DNA of 21,778 bases from contig JBHGNT010000520.1 in the NCBI GenBank assembly GCA_043228905.1, positions 1 through 21,778 on the forward strand, in the 5' to 3' direction. The DNA is from Azolla caroliniana. Taxonomy: Eukaryota > Plantae > Polypodiophyta. A program made the position numbers and the translations under genes. The notes beneath the pieces were generated by a model that saw only the letters and a program-made list of their open reading frames with translations, searched no databases and was not told the DNA's origin. Positions 10,253 to 19,494 of the stretch are shown here, piece by piece. Position 1 is the stretch's first letter, and every line of letters begins with the position of its first letter.

Positions 10253-10692
10253 TGTTGCCGATTAGGAACACGGTCCGCGGTCAGTCCTTCGACCTAGACC
10301 TCAAAGGGGGTGTGGAACAACAAACAGGTGTTTAAGCGTAATGCATAGGGGAAGGTTCCCTGTAACCTATCAACGTATAAGGGAGATGGCTACAACCGAA
10401 TCCCTATCAAGGGTTACACTTACGTACTTAAACGCTTAGGTATTCAAGACACACACAGTGAATTAGCCGTAGCTATACACAGGAAATCAGAGAAGATAGA
10501 ATTATATTATGAGACGTTTTTTTACATTCCCAAAATTACACTCTCCCTCTATCAGAGGTTTTCTGCCCTTTATATACGTAGGGCCTATTTAGCCGTTCAC
10601 GCTTCCTGCATGAACCGTTACATGCGTTATGCTCTTATATTATTTCTTAGTCCTACGCTTTTGTCCGTCGATTACTATTCCGGCGGACAACA
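10253..10692 (-). repeat. 5' LTR of element B (440 bp)
   Basis: TGTTG…CAACA terminal inverted repeats. Copia coding sequence ends exactly at 10693. TATATAAA on the minus strand at 10569-10576. The partner LTR is outside the window; the predicted TSD is GTTCA (10693-10697). Confidence 0.82.
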
Positions 10693-12881
10693 GTTCATTA
10701 TCTTCTTCTCCGACTCCCAGTCGACGAGTGTCTTATCCTCCATGAAGATAATATCCCGACTCCGGAATACTTTCTGGTCGACCGGGTCCCACACTCGGTA
10801 GCCGAACTCATCATCGCCGTAACCGAGGAATATGCATGGCAGGGTCTTTGGATCCAACTTTCCTCTCTGGTCCTTACAAACATGCACATATGCGAGACAC
10901 CCGAATACCTTTAGATGCCGGTAGGACACTTCCTTGCCAGTCCAGACTCTCTGTGGAGTGTCTCCGTCCAAGGGTACTGAGGGTGATCTGTTTATCACAT
11001 ACGTCGTTGTTGACAACGCCTCAGCCCAAAACTTCTTGGGTAGTTTTGCATGCGCCAACATACTCCAGACCCTCTCCATTATGGTCTGGTTCATCCTCTC
11101 GGCCAGCCCGTTTAGTTCCGGCGTCTTCGGCACGGTAAATTCGAGCCAGATTCCCTTCGAGCGATAGTACTCCTCGAACTGCCCCCGATATTCTCCTCCG
11201 TTATCTGCTCGAACCGCCTTCAGCTTCCGACCGATTTTCTTTCCACTCTCGGGTGGAGCTCTTTGAAGAAGGATAGGACCTGATCCTTCATCTTCAGCGG
11301 TGTGGCCCACAGCTTCCGGCTGTGGTCATCTATGAACGTCACGAAGTACTGCGATCCGGCATGTGACTTCATGTCCACTTGACACACATCAGTATGCACC
11401 AACTCCAATGGTGCATTACGTCTCATCGGTGGCCTTGGTCTAAAGGAGGTCCGGTTTTGCTTACCGGCCAGACAATCAGTGCACTTCTCCAAGTGCACAT
11501 TCTTCACTGGAATGAGGTTGTCGTCTACAACCCTCTTCATCCCCTTATCACTCATGTGACACAACCTCTTGTGCCACAGCTCACCGGCAGTGTCGAAAGC
11601 CACGTTCACTTCTTCCGGGCATAACCAGGCATTCATCAGGTACAACGTGTTGACCTTCCGGGCCCGAGCCACAATCAGGCTCCCTTTGCTGAACTTCATA
11701 ACACCATTCCGGATGCTACCCGTGTAGCCTTTATCATCTAGCCGACCGGCTGATATCAGGTTCAGTCGAACCTCCGGAACGTGTCGGACATCCTTCAGCA
11801 GTAGCTTGCATCCGGTTGGTGTTGTCACCCACACGTCTCCTATACCGACAATTCGGCATGTACCTTCATTTCCCATCTGGACACAACCGTGATCACCGAC
11901 TGAGTAGAATGAGAAGCATTTCCGGTCCGGGGTAAGGTGGAACGACGCTTCGGAATCGACCACCTAGGCCATCTCGTTGCTAGCAAGGTTCAACTCACTC
12001 TCCTCGGTGATGAGCATCAACTCTTCTTCGCTCACCGCAATTGCCGTCGTTCCCTTCCGGTCCTGCCCCCTCCGGTCTTTACCGTTCCGGTTCGGTGTCC
12101 GCTTTGAATCGGTACCGTCGGTTTCCTTGTCTTTTCGGAAGTGCCGACAGTTTTTCTAGAAGTGTCCCGGCTTGCCGCAATAGAAGGAAGTAGGCCTCCC
12201 CCTTGACTTTGACCGTGTCCCCGACTTTTCCCGGTTCTGGGGGCTACGGTTCCTTTGTCTTCCGTGTTCCGATTCGGTAAGGAGCGCTTTGGAGTCGGAG
12301 CTCATATCCTTACCTTTCCGATGCGCCTCCTCATCTAGCAAGCTCGACTTCACTCTTGCTAGGGATAACCGTTTTCCTTCCGGCCCGGCGTTGCCCAAAG
12401 TGACAACCAACGTCTCCCAGCTATCTGGGAGGGAACCGAGCAGGAGTATTGCTAGTACCTCATCGGCGAGAGGTACTTCCAATGATGTTTCCTGGTGAAT
12501 CAACCCCTGGAAGGCATTCATGTGCTCTGCCATGCTGGAGCCATCTTGGTACCGGAGTCTTACTAGCTTCCGGAATACTGAAACCTGATTAACAACATTT
12601 TTGTTTTGAAACATAATGCTGATCTTCTCCCAGAGCTCATGAGCCTTGCTCTCTTCATTGAAGTTGTTGTATAGACTCATGTCGATGAAGCACCGTATGT
12701 ACGCCGTTGTCTTCATGTGCATCACCTCCCATATCGTGGCATCGATTTTTTTCGGTCTCTTGTCCCCGAACTGAACTGGCAAATAAAGATCTTTAACCAC
12801 GAGCATGTCCCTTATCTTCGACTTCCACACGGAATAGTTGGAGCCGGTGAGCTTGAACATGCCTCCCAATGATTCGTCCAT
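10693..12881 (-). pseudogene. C gag-protease-integrase
   Basis: KLTGSNYSVWK; LLLGSLPDSWE; degenerate knuckle SFYCGKPGHF*KNC; protease *VVDSEASFH; LWHKRLCHMS…CTDC; VHTDVC; FIDDHSR; ADNGGEY; NGLAERMN; LKVFGCLAY. Stops at 12156-58 and 11964-66, frameshift near 11230. Confidence 0.92.
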
Positions 12882-12896
12882 TTTCTGTGTCGTTTC

Positions 12897-12908
12897 GCTC
12901 TGATACCA
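12897..12908 (-). other. Primer binding site (tRNA-iMet) of C
   Basis: Minus strand TGGTATCAGAGC, 3 nt (AAG) after the LTR-terminal CA. Confidence 0.93.
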
Positions 12909-13180
12909 CTTTGACAGGACTACATGCCCCCGATAAGCAACGCTCGGCCACAACCAAGTCTAGGATCAAACACAGAAAACGGGTAATGTACGCATGACAC
13001 AGTGAAGAGAAGAGTACACAGGACATTAATGTGGAAAACCCAAACTAGGGAAAAACCACGACAACCCACAGACTGCAAACTATCACTATATCACAATGTA
13101 CAATAGTAAAGCACTGAGGCAACAACCTCGAGCTTGCTATCTTCGCCACAAGTGGCGGTTACAACAGAGGCAACAACCTC

Positions 13181-13183
<3 letters not shown>

Positions 13184-13219
<36 letters not shown>
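13184..13219. repeat. (CT)18 microsatellite inside the C LTR
   Basis: Read directly from the sequence. Confidence 0.95.
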
Positions 13220-13223
<4 letters not shown>

Positions 13224-13420
13224 ACAGTTACACACAGAATTATCACAACAACGATAATCACACATCATCAGTTTTCCCTAAGTCATATTTATGCTAATAT
13301 GACTTCTTGGCTATTTACAAATATAGCCCCAATGAACTCTAAGAAACATATTTACGAATATGTCCCTTCATCCGGTGAGCACTTCTCACCGGGCCTTCAC
13401 CATCCGGCTCTTGCCGGGCA

Positions 13421-13540
13421 CTCGTCATCCGGTTCTCACCGGGTCTTCCGTTGCCGGGTACACCTCATCCGGTTTTCACTGAGTCTTCCGTTGCCGGGTA
13501 CTCGTCATCCGGTTCTCACCGGATCTTCCGTTGCTGGGTA
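13421..13540. repeat. Three tandem 40-bp repeats in U3 of the C LTR
   Basis: Unit CTCGTCATCCGGTTCTCACCGGGTCTTCCGTTGCCGGGTA at 13421, 13461 and 13501; degenerate partial copies at 13368-13420. Confidence 0.92.
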
Positions 13541-13575
13541 TTCCTATCCCATTTGGAGGGATCTGTTTCCTAACA

Positions 13576-13912
13576 CATATCTCGTCTTCAATAAGTTCAC
13601 ATATTCCTTCGTCAACCAACTTATGTGGAATCCTCGCCTTGTATTGGGATGTGGTGACCCCCAGGTTTTTATTAACCAATCTCTCAGCTCTTCATAAACT
13701 TCAGGTCGTGCTCGAAGGAAATAACGCCATCCGAGAGGTGTGTCTTGAATGATGGAGTGGCCCATCTTCTTTCTCTGAGTTGATGAGTTCATCACCCTTT
13801 CTCTTGTGGGTGTCTTCTTGCTTTCTTTGATAGGTGTCCTTTTTCTTTCCTTCACTGGTGTCTTCACTTTCTCTTTCACCAATGTCTTCTTTATGGGTGT
13901 CCTTCTCATCAT
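13576..13912 (-). pseudogene. Unidentified ORF truncated by the insertion of C (basic TPxK repeats followed by a globular-looking segment)
   Basis: Open frame MMRRTPIKK…WRYFLRARPEVYEELRDWLIKTW…SWLTKEYVNLLKTRY running up to the LTR edge, with an intron-like T-rich region upstream. Confidence 0.4.
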
Positions 13913-14619
13913 TGTCCTAGTCTTCACTATTCTTGTTGAAAGAATATGCATGTACAAGAAGAAAACTCATCAAAATACTATCAACAACCAGCAAATCATC
14001 ATAGCCAACTCAATCTAAGTTGCATGTACAAGCCATGTCAAACACTCAAAAACCCTAAACAGTCGGAAAAAAACTCATCCATGTCAAACACACACAAAAT
14101 AAAAATAGACGGATAGGAAACACAAAGAAAACGAAAACATACCTGTTGGGCATGCAACACATAGAATATGAATAATCAAACCCTAAAACTGCAACACAGA
14201 GAATACTTGGAGGTCGTACAAGTTGCAGATGGAACGATGGGTCGAAGGCAGATGGAGCCAAGGTCAAGGCAGAGGTACCACACTATGTTGATTTCTTCAC
14301 CTTGGGAGCACACCAAGCCGAGAAAATCACCTATATGCAAGAGGTTGTTGACGAGGCTGTTGCAGAGGAGACAAGCAAGCATACATAGAGAAAGCACATC
14401 AACAACAAGAACAACGAGCATAGAGGGGAAACAACAATCTCTGCATATACAGAGTTCAGAGATCGTAAGGAAACAACAACAAAAATCAGGCACAGAGGGA
14501 ACTCAACAAGAATTACGCAGGGAAACAAAGAATCGAAGGTGGAGTGAGAGAGAGCAAGAGAGAAAGAGAGAGATAGGTAATAGATATGTGTTTGATTTCT
14601 AACTTTCTGTTTGACTGAC

Positions 14620-14623
<4 letters not shown>

Positions 14624-14661
<38 letters not shown>
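14624..14661. repeat. (GA)19 microsatellite
   Basis: Read directly from the sequence. Confidence 0.95.
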
Positions 14662-14663
<2 letters not shown>

Positions 14664-14960
14664 AACCAACTAACACATTCGAAACCTTCACCATGTTTGC
14701 TTTCGTACAACTCTACCTAGGAGAATGAAGTTATAGTTAATGTATTAAATATGGCCTTGGGACACTTTGATTGTGACGTATAATATCTTTGTACATTCGT
14801 ATTGAAATTGTTATTTGAATTTGAACCTCATTCAATAGATGATAATCCATTATTTTCTACACTAATTGTTTTATTTTCAATTTTTTATGTTTATTTTCTT
14901 CCTCGATTTAGTACTAAATTTCTGGCCAGAAGTTGGTACACTGTACCATGCTTCGACCCA

Positions 14961-16601
14961 ACTCATTTTGATTTCAAAATCATTTTCCGCCCCGGGAAAC
15001 AACAAGGGAAAGCAGATGCTCTGTCTCGACGATCATATCTCGCACTTCGTCTTGGAGACCTGGCCTTCGACAATCAAAAGCAAATTCTCCTAGGACCATC
15101 AAAGCTACAAGCAACAACAATTTATGCCACACCACTAGAATCAAGCCTTGTTGATACTATTCGGCAATGAATTCACTCTAATGATTTCGCTAAGGATGTC
15201 TTAGCCCACATTAGTCCAAGCCATGCATCTTGCTTCACATTACAAGGGTCATCGCAACACTATTAGGAATTCAAATGGCAAGATGGCTTACTCTTTTACA
15301 AGAATCTCCTTTATGTCCCTGATGGATCACCCCGCCTTCAAGTATTGGAGCATTATCATGATGCCCCTATGGCTGGACATTTTGGTATTGCCAAGACCAT
15401 GGAGTTGGTGAAGCACTCGTTTTGGTTGCCTCATTTGCAAAACTTTGTCTAAGATTATGTTTTTACATGTGACACTTGTTGTCAAGACAAAATACCCAGG
15501 CATCATCCTTATGGCTTGTTACACCTATTACCGTCTCCAACTAAGCCGTGGCAGTCTATTTCTATGGATTTCATTATGGATCTGCCACCTTCAAAAAGAT
15601 TTGATACTATTTTAACAGTAGTCGATCGATTTACCAAGATGGCACATTTTTTACCATGTGTGAAGAGCATCAGTAGTCAGGAAACCACAGGTCTCATGGT
15701 CTTCCAAACAATATAATTAGCGATTGTGGTCCTCAATTTATCTCTCACTTTTGGAAGCACCTATGGGTAGGTCTTAGAATCTCCTGCAAACGCTCCCCGG
15801 CTTATCATCCACAAACCGACGGACAAACAGAGCGCACAAATCAAACACTCGAGCAGTATCTTCGTTGCTTTATCAATTATCAACAAGATGATTGGAGTAA
15901 TATTTTACATCTTGCTGAGTTTGCAAACAATAACACGGTACACTCTTCTACCAAGGTTACACCTTTCTTTGCCTACGCTGGCAACCATCCTCGATGGTGT
16001 ATCGTAGATCTTCCCGAGGTCGCACGAAACCCTAGTGCTGAGCATCACCTTCTTCGACTACACCGGATCCAGTTAGCGTTATCTTCACATCTTCAGGCAA
16101 CCCAATCACAACATAAGACTAATGCAGATCGCTATCGTCTTAAGTCTCCTTTTCAAGTTGGTGACCGAGTATGGTTACTTAGTCATCACATCAAGACTAC
16201 TCGACCTTGTGAGAAACTCGATTATCAACGCTTAGGTCCTTTCTTCATCACGCAACAGATTAAGGATGCAACCTTTCATCTTAACCTTCTAGCATACATG
16301 CGGCTTCACCGAGTGTTTCATAGCTCTCTTTGGAACCTTATCGCACCTCTTCCATTCCTGATCGAGTCAGGTAGCTGCTATTCTAGATTCTAAGATTGTG
16401 CACAATAAGCTCTATTATCTGGTTGATTGGGTAGGCTATCCTCCAAGTGATCACCCTTGGGAACTCGTCAATAATGTTTCTAATGCTCAAGCTCTTGTCG
16501 ATGAATTCCATCGCCGCTATCCAAACAAATTGGGCCCTACATTGTTAACGCCGACTTCCATTCGTCGTTCTCGAAGGGGAGATAGTGTCATGAATACATA
16601 A
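14961..16601 (+). pseudogene. F pol remnant (RNase H end, integrase, chromodomain)
   Basis: FDFKIIFRPGKQQGKADALSRR; HDAPMAGHFG…CDTC; PWQSISMDFIMDLP; VVDRFTKMAHF; YHPQTDGQTERTNQTLEQYLR; KLDYQRLGPF; YYLVDWVGYPPSDHPWE. Several stops, frameshifts and deletions. Confidence 0.9.
16573..16585 (+). other. Polypurine tract of F
   Basis: GAAGGGGAGATAG directly before TGTCA. Confidence 0.85.
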
Positions 16602-16673
16602 AAATCATGGCTTCACCTAGGCTAAAACCCAAGATACATAAACATCATGGCTTCACCTGGGCTTGAACCCAAG
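16594..16673. repeat. Two tandem 40-bp repeats at the start of the F LTR
   Basis: ATACATAAAMATCATGGCTTCACCTRGGCTWRAACCCAAG at 16594 and 16634. Confidence 0.9.
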
Positions 16674-16776
16674 ACCTTGTAATACATAATCAACAACCCC
16701 ACCAGTAAGATAGCCCATGATCATATGAGATAATAAAAACTACTTCTTGTAATACACTGATTATTGTAAATACTTT

Positions 16777-16856
16777 GGAACATTCTAGAACATTCTAGAA
16801 TATCCTAGAACATCTTAGAATATTCTAGGTGAAGAAATTCTAGAACATTATAGAAA
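16777..16856 (+). promoter_or_regulatory. Heat-shock-element (alternating nGAAn/nTTCn) array
   Basis: gGAAc aTTCt aGAAc aTTCt aGAAt aTCCt aGAAc aTCTt aGAAt aTTCt, then aTTCt aGAAc aTTAt aGAAa. Confidence 0.75.
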
Positions 16857-16880
16857 TCTCTAGGCTATTCTATGGGAACC

Positions 16881-16888
16881 TATAAATA
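16881..16888 (+). promoter_or_regulatory. Putative TATA box of the F LTR
   Basis: cTATAAATA 25 bp downstream of the HSE array. Confidence 0.75.
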
Positions 16889-17072
16889 AGGGCATACATG
16901 AACTCTCAAATCAATTCGAATCAACACCAGTCTTAAGCTCTCATCGCCTATCTTGTATCCATACTCATTCTACTTTAATACATTCATTCTTCTCTTATCA
17001 TTTCATTCATCTCTTCTTTTGATCTCTGTATACCTTTCTTCTGTCACTCTATCTTCTCTCTTGGTTGTGACA

Positions 17073-19380
17073 GAAAGGCCCAAATTTGTGAAGCCTACGA
17101 GCTCGGGAAGAAACACCAGCTTCCGTTCCCCACTGAAAGAAACCAGAGCCGCTCGACTTGATACATTCGGATGTATGGGAACTGTCACAAAACGTTAGTC
17201 TTGGCGGGAGCCGATATTTCGTCTCCTTCATTGACGACTACAATTGGCACACGTGGATCTATCTCATTGAGAAGAGAAGCAAGGTCTTCGATTGTTTCCG
17301 GAACCTACAAAAGACTTGTCGAATGGGAAATAGAGAGGAAGATCAAGTGCCTGCTGTCGGATGGCGGAAAAGAGTATGTTTCCAGCCAATTCAATAACTA
17401 TCTGCAACTGCAAGGAATTTGGAGGGAATTCAGCTACCGATATACGCCAGAGCAAAACGACGTTGCCGAGAGGAAGAACTGATCGATTGTGGAGGCGGCA
17501 AGGGCGATGCTTGAGGAGAAAAGCATGCCCAAGTTCTACTGGGCCGAGGCGGTCCGAACAACCGTCTACATCCAAAACCGGATTGGGGATAAGGTGTTAG
17601 CACACGAGCTATATTTCAGGCGTAAGCCGAATTTACGACAACTTAGGGTATTCGGCAACATGAGCCAGATGAGAGGCGGAGAAAGCTAGACCCCAAGTCG
17701 GAGAAGTGTATCCTTGTCGGTTACTCACATGAGCAAAAAGGTTATAAGTGTTATAACCCACGAACAACACAAGTTTGAGTGAGCCGAGATGTTGAATTTG
17801 ATGAGTCAACATCATGGTACTCCTTACTGAATCTGACCCCCGACTCTGACCAGATTCCGGAAGATGAGTCTAGTGAGCCGGAAACGATCCGGGCAACAAA
17901 TGAAGAAGGTTTTAGTACTCTAGATGAGAGTTCAATCTCATTTCGGCTAGGTAGGCCGAATGAAGAGCTAAGTTGCGTGCTTTCCCCGCGTAAGGAACCG
18001 AGGAGACGGTTCACACAAAAAGAGGAGGGGAAGAAGAAGATGTCGGAGTACGACATCGACAGAGAAGAGTTGGATCGGAGCGAGTCCAACTATGGAAGGA
18101 ACGAAGACGGATCTTCAAAAGTGAAGTCCGAGTCCGCCAAGACGGCCTTGAAATCGGGAACCGAGAAGTTATGCTCATTGACCCGCCAAAAGAATACCCT
18201 AAAATGGTATGGGTATAGTGAGTACATGGCGCATCACTACACATACATGGCAAAGGTGGCAGAAGTCCGTGAGCAACAAAGGATGCACATTGGTGTGCCA
18301 CAATGGAAGAAGAAATGCGAGCACTCGATGCCAACGACACATGGGACCTGGTTTACCCTCCCCGACACGGCAAACTGATCGGTTGCAAGTTGGTATTCAA
18401 GGTGAAGTACAATGCCGATGGTTCGGTCAACCAGTACAAGGCTTGGTTAGTGGCCAAAGGATATGACCCACGAAATCAACTACGACGAGACCTTTGCTAC
18501 GGTAGCGAAGATGACGACAGTTTGTGTGGTGCTAGCGGTTGCTACAACAAGGGGTTGGCATCTTCACCAAATGGACGTGAAGAATGGGTTTCTTCAAGGC
18601 GATCTTGAAGAACATGTCTACATGATCCAACCCCCCGGTTTTCAGTCGGAGATGAACAAGTCGACAATGCGCCGACTAAAGAAGTCACTTTATGGCTTGA
18701 AGCAAGCCCCTCGAGCTTGGAATTCGAAGATCATGCACGGGTTGCATTAGATGGGGTTTGTGGCCTCCAAGTCCAACTCGTTGTTGTTCATCCAGAAAGA
18801 TTCGGAAGGTTCGGTGATCTAGTCATCACCGGACTAGATCTAGTCATCACCGGACCCATACTCACTAAAATCAGTTGACCGGACCCGTACTCGCTAAAAT
18901 TAGTTGACCGGACCCGTACTCGCTAAAATCAGTTGAATGAAGCCCAACTGTCGGATGCATTAGAAATGAAGAACCTGGGGGACCTTCATTACTTCCGGAG
19001 ATCGAAGTGATCCATACCGCTGATGGCATATTGCTATCTTAGCGACACTATGTGCTGAATATCTTGTACAAGTTCGGCATGACTGATTGCCGACCGGTGT
19101 CCTCTCCCCTGGACTAGAACCTGAAGCTTCATCCCGACTCTGGACTGGCCTGCAATGAGAAACGATTTTTGACAAATTATTGGAAGCCTCATTTATCTAA
19201 CTATCACCCGACCCGACATCAGCTATCCAGTCCGGATGATAAGTCAGTTTATGCAGAAGCCGACCATGGAGCACCTTCAATGCGCACACCGAATACTCAG
19301 GTATGTTAGTGGCACTAAGGACCGGGGATTGTTATACCGACACGGTATAACCAAAACACTAGTTGGTTATACAAATGCTG
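17073..19380 (+). pseudogene. Element D: decayed Ty1/copia pol (integrase, RT, start of RNase H)
   Basis: IHSDVW; YFVSFIDDY; SDGGKEY; EQNDVAERKN; YWAEAVRT; MSRDVEFDE; YKAWLVAKGY; QMDVKNGFLQGDL; LKKSLYGLKQAPRAW; LVGYTNA. Many indels and stops. No LTR was identified. Confidence 0.9.
18816..18936. repeat. 21-bp tandem duplication followed by a 29-bp triplication inside the D RT
   Basis: GATCTAGTCATCACCGGAC at 18816 and 18837; CCGGACCCRTACTCRCTAAAATYAGTTGA at 18850, 18879 and 18908. Confidence 0.92.
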
Positions 19381-19494
19381 AAACCAAGAGCCGGATCGGA
19401 GAGTTGGATTGTAATCCGGATCAATATGAACCGGTAGGCTATTAGAGGCATACGAATCTAGCCTAGGACATAGGCATATGTGAGTTTGTGTCAG

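Larger units (their letters stand above)
1..10692 (-). mobile_element. Element B: non-chromoviral Ty3/gypsy LTR retrotransposon (Athila/Tat/Phygy-like), 3' part outside the window, interrupted by element A
   Basis: On the minus strand: LTR (10692-10253), PBS-like TGG, gag, CCHC knuckles, protease, then RT, i.e. gypsy domain order. Removing A plus one TSD restores the gag frame (…REILGQFYTIKQLPTETIADFSLRF…). Confidence 0.93.
10693..13575 (-). mobile_element. Element C: Ty1/copia LTR retrotransposon (Tork/Tnt1-like), 5' half, interrupted by B
   Basis: LTR, iMet PBS, then gag-PR-INT in copia order. Confidence 0.92.
12912..13575 (-). repeat. 5' LTR of element C (~664 bp)
   Basis: Termini TGACAGGA…TCCTAACA form an imperfect inverted repeat. 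U5-type GTGGAAAACCC…GGGAAAAACCAC motif. The outer boundary is inferred without a partner LTR; the predicted TSD is CATAT (13576-13580). Confidence 0.75.
14961..17072 (+). mobile_element. Element F: 5'-truncated, degenerate Tcn1-like chromovirus (Ty3/gypsy)
   Basis: End of RNase H, integrase, chromodomain, PPT and 3' LTR. The clade call rests on motif recognition only. Confidence 0.85.
16586..17072 (+). repeat. 3' LTR of element F (487 bp)
   Basis: TGTCA…TGACA terminal inverted repeats, preceded by the PPT and followed immediately by copia coding sequence. Confidence 0.88.

Noticed and set aside
13134-13697. 187-aa ORF and other ORFs over the microsatellites (also 14168-14710)
   Set aside because: Their translations come from CT/GA repeats and LTR tandem repeats, and they cross element boundaries.
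14050-14187. Telomeric repeats (AAACCCTAAA twice)
   Set aside because: These are isolated single units 128 bp apart; at most telo-boxes, not an interstitial telomere array.
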